Shown: piece after piece, positions 43,524 through 54,529 of the stretch
How the letters are laid out: every line of letters starts with the position of its first letter
How positions within the stretch are numbered: the stretch's first letter is position 1
Assembly: GCA_025594325.1 (NCBI GenBank)
Contig: JANHCV010000013.1
Span: 1,302,001 to 1,366,000, forward strand
Reading direction: 5' to 3'
DNA length: 64,000 nucleotides
DNA from: Blastocladiella emersonii ATCC 22665
Taxonomy: Eukaryota; Fungi; Blastocladiomycota
Position numbers and translations under genes: made by a program
Notes under the pieces: model-generated
The model's input: the letters and a program-made list of their open reading frames with translations, nothing else
Database searches by the model: none
What the model was told of the DNA's origin: nothing

Positions 43524-45695
43524 TTACTCGTCATCCTCGTCGCTGTCAGGTCCCGAATCCACGATCTCGACGCCGTCCATGGCATCCAGGTCGTCATCTT
43601 CGTCGCTGTCACCGTCCACGTCCATGGCCGCCGCCGCCGCGGGAGCGGGCTTGGTGGGAGACGCACTCGACTTGGCAGCCGCCGCCGACGCAACGACGAC
43701 GGGCGCGGGGACGGGCGCGAGCTTAACGGGCACCGGCGCGGGCGCCGCGAGCTTGGGCATCGGCGCCGGGGCGGGCTTGGCGACCGGGACGGGTTCCTGG
43801 GCGGGAGCAGCGGCAGCTTCGGGCTCGTCAGCGGCAGCAGTGTCGACGACCATCGCCTGCGCCTCCTCCTCGTCATCACTTTCCTCGCCGCCAGCCGCCT
43901 TTTCGATGGCCTCGCGTGCCTGAGCCGCGGGATCAACAAACGAGAGGCCCATCCCGACAACGACGGGTGCGGGCCCCGTCGGCGCAGCGCGCTCGGCGAG
44001 GACGACGACGGGGCGCGGGTCGGGGACGCGGCGCGGGTGCGCGACGGCGTCGAGCGCGGCGTCGCTGCCCTTGGCGACGGACCCGTGGACGAGCGGGAGC
44101 ACGTTGTAGGCGCCGACGCCCTGGGTGGTGACGACCGACGGCAGCGTGGCCGAGGCCGTAAGGGCGGAGATGGTCGCGCGGGTGCGGGCGGCGTGGCGGC
44201 GCGCGTGCGAGGTCGACGCGAGCGCCGAGTGCAGCATGGCCGAGTCCCACTCGACGCGGACCGGGGTCGGGATGCGGGACCCCGCGGCGGCGATGATGGC
44301 GTGCACGGCGCGGGTGGCGTGCGGGTCGGCGGCGCGCAGGCTCGCGGCGAGGGTCGGCGAGGTGGTGAGAAGACGCAGGGCGCGGTCGAGCGGGAGGACG
44401 GCGACGAGGTCGGCGAACAGCGTGAGGGCAGCGGGGAGGTGCATGGCGCGCGCGAGAACCGAGGCGAGGGCGGGCGCGTGCGGGGTCAGCGACGCGAGGG
44501 CGTCGGCCTGGGCGATGGGCGTGACGAGGGCGCCGTGCACGAGGTCGGCGAGGGCCGAGGCGCGGAGCGCGGGGAGGAAGGCGACCGAGAGCTGGAACAG
44601 GCGGGCGTCCTGGCCGAGGGCGACCTGCGGGGCGGCGAGCACGCGCTCGGCGGCGGCGAGGATCAGGGCGGCCGGGATGGCAGCGAGCGGCGACTTGGAG
44701 GCGTCGGTCGCGTGCGCCGCCGGGCGGTGCGTGGCGAGGGCGGCGAGGACCTTGACGGCGGCGTCCCACCGGTTGCGGGCGTCGGTCCAGGCGGCCCAGG
44801 AGGGGTCCTCCAGGCGCACCTGCGGCCACAGCAGGCCGAGGTCGGCGGGCTGCGAGTCGGACGACCAGTCCTCGTCGATGCCGATGAGCAGCACGTCGAG
44901 CGCGGCGTGCAGCGAGCCGACGGTGGCACGCGCAACGGCGAGCCAGTCGCCGGCAATCTTGGCGTCGGCAGTCCCCAGAGCCACAGCGCGCGCGAGGAGG
45001 GTGGCGGCGGCGGTCGGGTGGGTGAGCAGGGCCGACTCGGCAGCGGCACGCAGCTTGGCGGCCCAGTAGCGCGAGGGGGCGGGGAATGCGACGACGATAT
45101 CGGTGAGCGCGGCGAGGGCGGCGGGCGCGAGCGCGGGGGACGCGACCCACGGGAGGAGGGCGGGGATCACGACCTTGAGGGCGGGGGCGACGACGTGGGT
45201 GTAGACCTGCGGGTTCTTGGCGGCGGCGCGCAGCAGGTTGACGGTGACGGCAAGGGCGTGCTTGCGGACGGCATCCGAGTTGGCTGTGGACTTGACGAGG
45301 TCGGTGAGGGCGTCGGCCCATGCGAGGCGGCGGTCGGCGTAGAGGGCGTCGATGACGGCGGGCCACTGGTCGACCCACTGGGCGACGAAGAGCATGCCGA
45401 GGATGCGGGCGGCGTCGGGCTTGGCGTTGAGCAGGGTGTTGACGAGGGCGCTCCACCGCTTGAGGGCGCGGTCGACGTCGGGATGGCGCGCGGCGAGGGC
45501 GTGCGAGCGGGCGAGCAGGCGGTGGTGGGCGATCATGTCCCCGACGCCGGCGCCGCGGCGCAGCTCGTCGGGCATGTCCGGGTTGCTGGGGGCGAAGGTG
45601 GCAGGGGTCCACTCCTGGGCGAGGACCAGGGCCCACACCTGCGAGACGGCCTGCGCGGCCTCGGCGGCGGCCTGGCGCTGCTGAACGGATTCCAT
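43524..45695 (-). CDS. HEAT/ARM-like protein with an acidic low-complexity tail, Rix1/PELP1-like
   Basis: ATG at 45695 (MESVQQRQ), intronless with strong host codon bias. Helical Ala/Leu-rich body, P/A-rich linker and DSDEDDDLDAMDGVEIVDSGPDSDEDDE tail. Family assignment rests on architecture only. Confidence 0.6.
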   Translation of the reverse strand: MESVQQRQAAAEAAQAVSQVWALVLAQEWTPATFAPSNPDMPDELRRGAGVGDMIAHHRLLARSHALAARHPDVDRALKRWSALVNTLLNAKPDAARILGMLFVAQWVDQWPAVIDALYADRRLAWADALTDLVKSTANSDAVRKHALAVTVNLLRAAAKNPQVYTHVVAPALKVVIPALLPWVASPALAPAALAALTDIVVAFPAPSRYWAAKLRAAAESALLTHPTAAATLLARAVALGTADAKIAGDWLAVARATVGSLHAALDVLLIGIDEDWSSDSQPADLGLLWPQVRLEDPSWAAWTDARNRWDAAVKVLAALATHRPAAHATDASKSPLAAIPAALILAAAERVLAAPQVALGQDARLFQLSVAFLPALRASALADLVHGALVTPIAQADALASLTPHAPALASVLARAMHLPAALTLFADLVAVLPLDRALRLLTTSPTLAASLRAADPHATRAVHAIIAAAGSRIPTPVRVEWDSAMLHSALASTSHARRHAARTRATISALTASATLPSVVTTQGVGAYNVLPLVHGSVAKGSDAALDAVAHPRRVPDPRPVVVLAERAAPTGPAPVVVGMGLSFVDPAAQAREAIEKAAGGEESDDEEEAQAMVVDTAAADEPEAAAAPAQEPVPVAKPAPAPMPKLAAPAPVPVKLAPVPAPVVVASAAAAKSSASPTKPAPAAAAAMDVDGDSDEDDDLDAMDGVEIVDSGPDSDEDDE

Positions 45696-46035
45696 TTGAT
45701 TGATCGTATCTTCTGGTGGGGATCGGAGGCGTACGTCGCGTCGCGCGGACCAGCGAGGGAGGAGGGGAGGTCCAAGTCGCGCGGCTCGAGTCACGCAGGG
45801 GTCAGGTGACCGGTCGCGAGGGCGGCCGCGAGGTGGCGCAACGCGTTCCCACGCCCAGGATGCGCCAGTCCAGCGCCGATCCAATCGCGCGCCCCGGATC
45901 CGTCAGCGCCAAGGCCGATCCGATGCCGGCGTCCGCCGCAGGGGTGGCACGCCAGGCTGCGTGCCAGGGTTCGGGGATCTTGGCGCGGCGCAGGGCGCGG
46001 CGCGCGCGCGGGAGGGTTCCCGTGGCCGCCGACCC

Positions 46036-46042
46036 TATAAAG
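46036..46042 (+). promoter_or_regulatory. TATA box upstream of the AAA ATPase, in a divergent intergenic region
   Basis: TATAAAG about 70 nt before ATG 46107. Confidence 0.5.
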
Positions 46043-46106
46043 GTGGCCTGGTGCACGGCTGGCGTCCTCTCTCTCGCAACCTCGTCACCAACTGCAACGT
46101 ATCACC

Positions 46107-48122
46107 ATGACACCGAGCCCGCCACCGCCGCCGCCCCCGCCGGGCCACCCCGCACCCGCTGTGTGGACCTCCGAGACGACCAATGCCGCCAAGGCCGACG
46201 GCACCGCGCCCGCCTTCGCCGTCACGGTCAACGTGTCCAACGAGCCCATCTTCGTGTTCGCGCCCAAGGCCGAGTCGACGCCCGCCGGCGCCGTGTGGCT
46301 GTACGACGTGGTCAAGGTGTCGATCCCGGGCGCCCCGCTCTCGCGCATCCTGCCGCCGCTGCAGCTGCTGTACGCCCTCGGCAAGCTGCGCGCCGTGCGC
46401 CTGACCGTCGACGAGTACAATGCCTCGCTCGCCCTCGACGAGGACGACGGCCGCAAGCGCTACGCCCGCCACCACGCATCGGACCTCTTCTCCGTGCTCG
46501 CCTTCCGCCCGACCGACCCCGCCGCGCCCCTCGTCGTCCCCGGGCTCGCCGAGCTGATCGCCGCCGTCGAGGCGCACTTTGCGACTGAGCTCGCGACGCA
46601 CCGCGCAACTGTCGCTGCTGGGTCCGTCGAGTTTGCCGGTTTGGGAGAACTCTACGTCCCGGGTACCACCGTCGTCGGCGCCACCTCGCTCGGGCCCGGT
46701 GCCACCGCGCGCGCCGCGTACCGCGTGCGCTCGTCGTGGTTCGAGGAGAAGCGCACCCTGTTCCGCGTCGAGACCAGCTTCCACCTGCGCCTCGAGGCCC
46801 TCGTCAACTTTGGCCGCCACCTCGTCCTCGTCTCGTTCGAGGAGGTCTACTCGGGCTGGACCGGCGCCAAGGTCCGCGGCCTCGCCGAGCTCGGCGCCGT
46901 GCTCCCCGCCACTCCCGACGACCTCGCTACCCTCACCGCGCGCACCGAAAAGATCCTCGGCGTGCTCGGCCAGGGCCCGCACCCGTTCGTCGAGTACTCG
47001 GCCGGCGCCTTCTTCCCGCACGCCCGCGGCACCACCAAGCCCTCGCTCTCCGCCTCGGTCGGCGGCGGCCGCCTCGTCGTCGACGGGAAGCGCGGCCTGA
47101 TGCTCGGCCACTTCCCCTCGCAGGGCTCCGACGAGGTCACCCTCGCCATCCTCAACACGGCCGGCCGCTACAAGCGCCACGCCGCCTCCCTCAAGTCCGA
47201 CGACGAGCTGCCGCCCGTCGGCACTGACGCGCCGCTCGCATTCCCGATCTCCCCGTCGGCCGTCCCGCCCTTCCTCGTCCCGACCGTGTGGCCCGCGCTC
47301 GTCGGGTTCAGCTTCGCCGCCAAGGCGTGGGGCCACGTCCTCGTCGACGCCCTCGCGCCCATCCAGTTCAACGACACGGCGTTTGACCAGCTTGTCATCC
47401 CGCCCGCGCGCAAGCGCCTGATCCGCGCCCTCGTCAAGTTTGGCGGCCGCGCCGCCGTCGACGATCTCGTCGCGGGCAAGTCGGGCGGGTCCGTGTTCCT
47501 CCTCTACGGGCCGCCGGGCACGGGCAAGACGGTCAGCGCTGAGGCGATTGCCGAGCTGCTGCACAAGCCGCTGTACTACGTGACCATGGGCGAGCTCGGC
47601 ACCACGCCCGAGGCCATGGAGACGCGGCTCGGCGAGGTGCTCGACCTGTGCGCCGGGTGGGACGCGCTCGTGCTAATTGACGAGGTGGACACGTTCGTCG
47701 AGCGGCGCACCACGTCCGACGTGGTCCGCAACGCCATGGTGTGCGTGATGCTGCGCCTGCTCGAGTACCACCCGGGCCTGCTGTTCCTGACCACGAACCG
47801 CGTGCGCGAGTTCGACCCGGCGTTCGAGAGCCGCATCACGGTCGCGCTTCGCTACGACAACCTCGACGAGCCTGCGCGCGCCCAGGTCTGGCGCAACCTC
47901 GTCGCCCGCGTCCGCGGCATCGACGTGGCCCACGACCTTGACTACTCTGCGCTCGCCAAGGAGCCCATGAACGGCCGCCAGATCAAGAACGCGGTCCGGC
48001 TCGCTGTCGCGCTCGCCGAGGATATCGGTGAGCCCCTGTCGCAGGCCCTCGTCGAGGAGACGGTCGCGATCGCGGCGCTCGGCCGACTCCAGATGGCCGA
48101 CAAGGACACGTACTCGCTCTAG
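46107..48122 (+). CDS. AAA+ ATPase (single module, long N-terminal domain)
   Basis: Walker A GPPGTGKT, Walker B VLIDEVD, sensor FLTTNR, FDPAFESRI and MNGRQIKNAVR. Intronless. Confidence 0.92.
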   Translation: MTPSPPPPPPPPGHPAPAVWTSETTNAAKADGTAPAFAVTVNVSNEPIFVFAPKAESTPAGAVWLYDVVKVSIPGAPLSRILPPLQLLYALGKLRAVRLTVDEYNASLALDEDDGRKRYARHHASDLFSVLAFRPTDPAAPLVVPGLAELIAAVEAHFATELATHRATVAAGSVEFAGLGELYVPGTTVVGATSLGPGATARAAYRVRSSWFEEKRTLFRVETSFHLRLEALVNFGRHLVLVSFEEVYSGWTGAKVRGLAELGAVLPATPDDLATLTARTEKILGVLGQGPHPFVEYSAGAFFPHARGTTKPSLSASVGGGRLVVDGKRGLMLGHFPSQGSDEVTLAILNTAGRYKRHAASLKSDDELPPVGTDAPLAFPISPSAVPPFLVPTVWPALVGFSFAAKAWGHVLVDALAPIQFNDTAFDQLVIPPARKRLIRALVKFGGRAAVDDLVAGKSGGSVFLLYGPPGTGKTVSAEAIAELLHKPLYYVTMGELGTTPEAMETRLGEVLDLCAGWDALVLIDEVDTFVERRTTSDVVRNAMVCVMLRLLEYHPGLLFLTTNRVREFDPAFESRITVALRYDNLDEPARAQVWRNLVARVRGIDVAHDLDYSALAKEPMNGRQIKNAVRLAVALAEDIGEPLSQALVEETVAIAALGRLQMADKDTYSL

Positions 48123-48354
48123 GAGCGGGGTGTACATGATTATATGCCAGCAATTTTGCACATACGTTACTCTTGTGACCTCCTTGCCTCCTGTAAGTCG
48201 CGGCGGTGATCGCCCTTTTGATGGGGGTCAGCGGGACGCGACGTGGACGTCGCGTCGGACGCCACGCCGCATCGCGGCTCAGATCGCGGCTCTCCCTCAG
48301 CAATGGCGCACTCACTACTCCCATGAAAGCTTCATGAATTGACTTGCTGAAACT

Positions 48355-49977
48355 ATGAGCTCCGATCGTGACCAGCCACCGGCATCGCTCGCAGGCCGGC
48401 GATCCATGCCGCGATCGCCGACGCTCCGCGGCGCTCGCAGGTCACGGTCGCCGAGAGCAGACTCGTGCAGCTCGAGCAACGACGACGGCGATCTTGAGTC
48501 CATGTCGTCGCTATCGACGTGTCTTTCCTCTCCTGCAGCTCGTGCGGAGCACGCCGGCTGGTCTCGCGACCCACCTGCTACTCCGCCCCGTGCCAACTCG
48601 GCCCACTCCCCGCGCGCTGTCACGCTCTCGCCGTTGCTCGCCAACTCGGCGGCGCCCAAACGCTCGGTGGTCGCCGAACTTGCGCCGCCGTCCTTGCAAA
48701 CGTGCCCTTCCTCCACTCCGCCACGATCTCGTGCCGTCCGCTCTCCGTCCACCATCACACTCTCGCCGTTGCTCGCTGCTTCTGCGGTCGAAGGATCGGA
48801 CGCGGACGAGCCTGCACCGTTGCAGGAGCCCGATCCCGACGACGCCCCGCGGCGGCGGCGGCATCGCAAGCGGGATACGGACGCGCGTCGGTACCTGTGC
48901 CCGGACTGCGGCGAGCAGTTTAAACGCGCCGAGCACCTGCACCGCCACTCTCGGACCCACACAGGTGCTAAGCCGTTCCCGTGCCCGTATCCCGATTGCA
49001 CCAAGGCCTTCTCGCGCCCCGACACGCTGGCGGCTCACGTCAAGGTGCACGAGCGCCGCGGGGAAACGTGTCCGGACGCGGATGCTGCGGCGCCGTCTGT
49101 GGGTGGCGACGGCGACGTGTCGACGAGCTCGGCCGTCTTGGAGGCCGACGAGGATGCCGAGGACTCGATTGAGCCGCCCAAGAAGAAGCGCAAACCGGCG
49201 CCACGGCTACATCCTCGCCGATTGGACGGCAGCACGGCGGCGAACATCGCGCCTGACATTGTTGCGGCCGCTGCAGCCGAGAGCGCCCAGCGACACGTAC
49301 TCGCTACATCTGCACCGCCCGAGGAGGCCGTTGCCGCGCCGACTGTTCGGCCCTTGCCCGTCGCCCCGCGTCCGCCTCCGCCCGCCGCAGTGTACAGCAG
49401 CGAGTACCATGAATCGACAGGCTGGGGCCTCCTGCCTTTGCCGCCCAACTCGCAACCCCCGCCCGAGCAGCAACTCCCACCCAGCCCGCAACCCCCACCC
49501 AACCCGCAACCTCCACTCGAGCCGCTTCCCGCACAACCTCCACCAGTCCCGCAAACTTTACCCGACCCGCACCTCATGGACTACTGGTCATCGCTGCAGC
49601 TCATGTACCAGGCGCACCCGCTTCTCGGGTACCAGCTGCCGTTGCCTGTGGATCCGTACCTGGTCCCCTTCGCGTTTCCGGGCTTCACTCACCCCACGCC
49701 GCTGTACTCGCCGCCGCCCGGATACCCGGCAGCGAATGCAATTTTTGCTGGCCTTCCGCTGCTTCCCGCCCACGACCCGCTCTCAGTCGCGTTTCAGTCG
49801 AACCCCTACGGTCCCCCGCAAGCTCAGCAGCATTCTCACTCAGTCGTGGCGGGCACGAGCGCCGGACCTGCGACACCGCTCGACGGGATCGCTTCTGGCT
49901 CGACGGCGCCCATCGCGCTTCAGCAGGCCGCGGGCAGCGACGGGGACCGAGCGCCGGCGCCAGATCGGACGCAGTGA
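48355..49977 (+). CDS. C2H2 zinc-finger transcription factor with two fingers
   Basis: YLCPDCGEQFKRAEHLHRHSRTH, TGAKPF linker, CPYPDCTKAFSRPDTLAAHVKVH, basic PPKKKRK and a Pro/Gln-rich C-terminus. Confidence 0.88.
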   Translation: MSSDRDQPPASLAGRRSMPRSPTLRGARRSRSPRADSCSSSNDDGDLESMSSLSTCLSSPAARAEHAGWSRDPPATPPRANSAHSPRAVTLSPLLANSAAPKRSVVAELAPPSLQTCPSSTPPRSRAVRSPSTITLSPLLAASAVEGSDADEPAPLQEPDPDDAPRRRRHRKRDTDARRYLCPDCGEQFKRAEHLHRHSRTHTGAKPFPCPYPDCTKAFSRPDTLAAHVKVHERRGETCPDADAAAPSVGGDGDVSTSSAVLEADEDAEDSIEPPKKKRKPAPRLHPRRLDGSTAANIAPDIVAAAAAESAQRHVLATSAPPEEAVAAPTVRPLPVAPRPPPPAAVYSSEYHESTGWGLLPLPPNSQPPPEQQLPPSPQPPPNPQPPLEPLPAQPPPVPQTLPDPHLMDYWSSLQLMYQAHPLLGYQLPLPVDPYLVPFAFPGFTHPTPLYSPPPGYPAANAIFAGLPLLPAHDPLSVAFQSNPYGPPQAQQHSHSVVAGTSAGPATPLDGIASGSTAPIALQQAAGSDGDRAPAPDRTQ

Positions 49978-50336
49978 TCAAGTCCTCCTCTGTCGCGGGA
50001 GCGCCATTTGTATATACTCAATCAATCCATTTCTAACTCATAGCCGTCTCGATCGAGCGAAAAGACGAGATGCGTCGAAGCGAGCATCACCTGACGAGCA
50101 TCACCTGACCGAATGTCTCGCGTTTCACGACGCGTCTCGCACGCGTCGCCCACCGTGTCCCTTGTCGCGCCACTTGTCCGCAAACTTGTCGCGCACTCAA
50201 GACCACGGACAACCGCGGCAAATCACTCGATCCGCTAGCGCTGGGAGACGCGCAAAGTCAGCTCCGACCATGAGCGGCCGCGTCCGCGAACTCTTACCGC
50301 CACTATGCTTCATGAAACTCAACGAACGATCATGCA

Positions 50337-53300
50337 ATGAGGCTGAAATGTAAACCTCATCGAGCGGCGGCACGATGCTCGCTCGCCTTCTCGCTCGTCG
50401 TCCTCGCGCTCCTCGTGATCGGCGCACCGCGATCCGCGACTGCTGCCAACTTCACAATTGGCATCGGGATTCCGACGGGGCTGACGGGATATGTCGGCGC
50501 ACTGGCAAGATGGATGCAGATGATCATGGAAATGAATCTCGCACAGCTCAACGCCGAGATCGCGCAGCCGAAAGGTACGCGGCGCTGGTACCGACTGAAC
50601 CGGTATGCGCTGAACCTGCCTGCCGTGTCTAGGCCACAACTTTAGCCTAACCTTTCGCGACACCAACTCGCTCCGTGTGACGGGCGTGAGCCGCATGCTC
50701 GAGCTGGTCGACGCGGGCGCCGTGGCCGTCGTCGGCGACCTGTACTCGGACATGACCATGTCGCAGGCCTACGCCATCGCGCGCAACCGCGTCTTCCAGT
50801 GTACCGGGTCGGCCACCTCGGACACGCTGTCCAACAAGGCCGAGTTCCCGTACGTGTACCGCACGGTGCCTACCGACAGCTACCAGGCCGTGGTCATGCT
50901 GCGCACACTCCAGCATCTCGGCTGGACCGGGGTCAACGTGATCAGCGCGACCTCGTCGTACGGGACCTCGCGTACGTGCTCGCCGTGCCGCCGCGCCGAC
51001 CGACGCTGACTGAACATCCGAGTAGTTCTCTCAACCTTCAACCAGTACGCCGCCCAGTACCAGATCACGTCGTACCTCCAAACGCGCCTCGACGCCTCCC
51101 CAAAAGACGCCGATGTGCAGGCTGTGGTCCAGCAGCTCGCCGATAGCCCGTCACGCGTGATCGTGACCATGGCCGATGTCGATCTGCTATACCGCATCGC
51201 GACCGAGGCCGCGCGCCAGGGCCTCAACCCGCAGGACTGGGTGTGGCTCGCATCCGAGACCGTGCTGCTGCTTCCGCAGTTCCTCGGCTCGCTGACCAAC
51301 GACACGGCGCCCGCCAACTCGTTCCTGCAGGGGATCCTCGGCACTTCGCCGCTCGAGCAGGACGCGTCGGCCGCACGATACCAGACGCTGGTGCAGCAGT
51401 GGAAGGCGACGTACAACAACTCGATCATCACCGACCAGTGCGTCTATTGTTTTTTCTTCCACGCGTGCCTCGAGGCCAGCGTCCGTGGCGTCGTCGCCCT
51501 CGCCGACAAGTTCGGCACACCCGCGGTCCTCGCGCGGACACACAACGCGACGCTCGCCGACTTTCTCGTGCCCTTCGACAGCGCCACGGGGCCCGTGCGG
51601 TACTCGGCCAGCGGCGACCGCCTCGGCCTGTACCAGATCATCAACCTGCAGGGCGCCGCGACGCAGCCCGTGCTCTCGGTCGCGGCGGACCTCAGCATGA
51701 CGCCGACCGGGATCCCGATCGTGTACACGGGCGGCAAGACGGCCGTCAAGTCGTGGCGCACCGAGATCTCGGTCTCGGTCCCGTCCTACTCGTCGCCCGG
51801 CGTCATCGTGCTGCTGACCGTGAGCGCGCTGTCGGCGGTCCTTGTGATCGGCACCTTCGTGTACCTGTTTACGTTCCGCAAGTCGAAACGCGTACGTCAC
51901 ATTGGCGTACCGTTCCTCATGGCCTTTTCGGTCGGGCTCGTCGCCAACCTGCTGTCGCCGTTCGTGTGGGCGGACATTCCGACCGAGGCAGGATGCACCG
52001 TGTCGAGCTGGCTCGCGATCTTTGGCTCGTGCATGACGCTCTCGGCGCTCGGGATGAAGGCGTTCCGCATCGTACGCATCTACGACAAGTACGTGCCGTC
52101 CGCTGTTCGTGCCGAGCGCTTCACTCACAATCGCCCGCGCCCGTAGCCGCATTCTCGCCAACTCCAAGTCGCTCGGGACACGACACCTGCTCGCGCGCAT
52201 GGTGATTCTACCCCTCGCCCAGATCGCCATGTTCATCGTATCGGCCACGGTCGCGCCGTCGCACCCGACGTCGAGCGTGTCCAAGGCCGTCATGACGTAC
52301 GCGTGCACGTCGACGAAACCCACGGTCGCCGACGCGCTGGCTGCCGTGGCCGGGTGCGCGGACCTGGTCCTTCTCCTCGCCAACGTGTACCTGGCGACCA
52401 AGATCCGGCGCACGCACACGACCTACCTCGAAACCTCGTTCATCGCCATGAGCATCCACCACCTCACGCTCACGGTGGCCATCGCCGTGTCGCTGCTCCT
52501 GCTGCTCCCCGTCAACGCCGTGTCCGGGTTCTACATCAAGTCGGTCGCCGTCGTGTACCCGAACCTGGTCGCGTTCTACGCCATGAGTACGTTCGCCGGG
52601 CGCCTGAGTGTGCGAACGCTGATCGTGACTGCGCTGCGTAGCGCTCCGCCACGTCCACCTGGTGCGCCGCGAGGCCATCGAGGACTCGGATGGGACCATC
52701 GTGTCGCATCACCGCGACGCGGGCTCGTCGTCCAACTCGGAATGGACCGCGTCCGGCCAGGCGAGTGGTTCGCGATCCACGGCGGCCAAGGTACGCTAGC
52801 GACTCTCTCGTGGCTGTTTGAGCTTCCACTCACTCTCTATATGCGCGTGTAGTCGATCACGGGCAAGTTCGCCATGAAGCGGTCCAACCGATTCTTCGCC
52901 AACTGGGAGATGCGGTCGCTGACCGTCGTCCCGTTCGAGGGTACCTCACACTCTCGCCCAAACCGCGCCTCGACATTCCGCTGACCCGCTCGCTTGGTAG
53001 GCGTGATCCTGGTCGGCAACCCGAACCCCGACAAGCCAAGCCTCGCGCTAGCCATCGCCACGTCGACCGTGACGACGGACGTGCCCGAGTACCCGATGTG
53101 CATCGTGCTCTCGCACCGCGGCACCGACCCGCTGCTCGTCCAGTTCGTCTCGGAGCTCGAGCAGAAGTCGTGGCTCACAGTGCTCGGCAAGGCAGGCGTC
53201 GTCGCGCGGCAGTCGCAGTCCGGGTCCCGGTCGTCGGGCAGCGGCGGCAAGCGAAGCGGACCTGTGCCGCAGGCTCCGGGATCGAGTAAGAGCGGCGGCG

Positions 53301-53401
53301 GTGCGGCGGCGGGCGCCAGGCTGCCGGCCGTTGCTTCAACGCACTCGCTGTCGGAGTTGGATGAGGAAGAGAGCGGCCCGGTTTCACTCCCGCGGACATA
53401 G
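50337..53401 (+). CDS. Class C GPCR-like receptor: Venus-flytrap domain, 7TM_3 and a PH-like C-terminal domain
   Basis: Signal peptide and flytrap motifs AVVGDLYS and SATSDTLSNKAEFPYVYRTVPTD. Seven hydrophobic segments with CTVSSWL...KAFRIVRIY and KIRRTHTTYLETSFIAMSI. Six GT-AG introns give one continuous frame to the stop at 53401. Confidence 0.85.
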
Positions 53402-54080
53402 ATTGCGCGCGTTCGTTATATTCATTGAATCGAAGCGCACGCCACCGCGTCTGCGGTAGCGCCAGCGCGACAGACTCCTCGTCGTTCGCGTGGACCACGA
53501 GCGGCAGCGGCCCACGGATGAGCACCGACTGCAGGACGGCGATGACGAGCTCGGCCAATGCGGCGGAGTCAGGAGGCACGGCGATTGCGGAGACGGGCGA
53601 GGATATGAGTACTTTTGGCCGCCGCGGCTGCGTCGTGGTCCCATCGAGAAGCACGATGAAGTACGCCAACGACGGGAAGCAGTCGATGTTAAGGTCGCAG
53701 AGGTGCGCGGTGCGCGGGTTGCCGTGGTCGAGGTTCGTGGTGTGGTGGTCGTGGTAGCGTTGGCGGGCTGGATCGAAGCGAACGACGACTTGCCCTTGAC
53801 GGTCAGCTTGCAGTTGTCGGGCTCGGCGGACACAGCGCACAACTCTTGCCGCCGGCCTCACAGCCGCGGTGCCCAGCGCCGCTTCTTGGCCCGCGTGTGC
53901 GCGAGGCGGGACTTCGACTGCAAGCAGCCCGGCGCGTTGCGCGAGCCGGCGCAGACGGATCGGTCGCCCGTGCGCCGCTCCGCGCGGTTCCGGTCGTGTA
54001 GCTCGAGGAGGAGCTGCGCGATCTCGAGAGCCACGCAGTTCGCTGCAGCATCGTCGGTCGCATCCGAGACCTGGATCTAG
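53400..54080 (-). pseudogene. Degenerate coding remnant
   Basis: Protein-like stretches in different frames (VALEIAQLLLEL, ELCAVSAEPDNCKLTVKG, FPSLAYFIVLLDG...ELVIAVLQSVL) separated by stops and frameshifts. Confidence 0.3.
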
Positions 54081-54529
54081 GGCGCGCCGGGCTCGGCCGG
54101 TAAACGGCCAAAACCCGACGATCAGGTTCGCCGCGCGGTTTGTGGGTTCTGCTGAGAAGATACATAGCGACGACTTGCAACCACTCGGTCGGTCACGTTG
54201 AGCGGAACGCCCGCCTCAGCTCCGCGCTCCGCTCGATTCAACGCGCGGCGCACGCGCGGCGTAGCGAGGCTCGAGCTAAGGCCCACTCAAGGCTGTGCCG
54301 CGTTGCGCCACGGTGCACCCGGCGCAGCGTCCGCCGCAGCGGGTGCGGCTGCGGAGACAGCGATGAGAGACGCGACTTGAAACGGCGTGAGCGCCACGTG
54401 CCGAATGTCCCGCGCGCTCGGCTTTCGGTGTCTCCCGCCGCGACCCGGTGCCACACGCGCCGCCCTCAAATCGCGTGTCTGCCCGCCCGCACCCGCGCCT
54501 GCTCTCCAACGATAATCCAGCACACTGCA

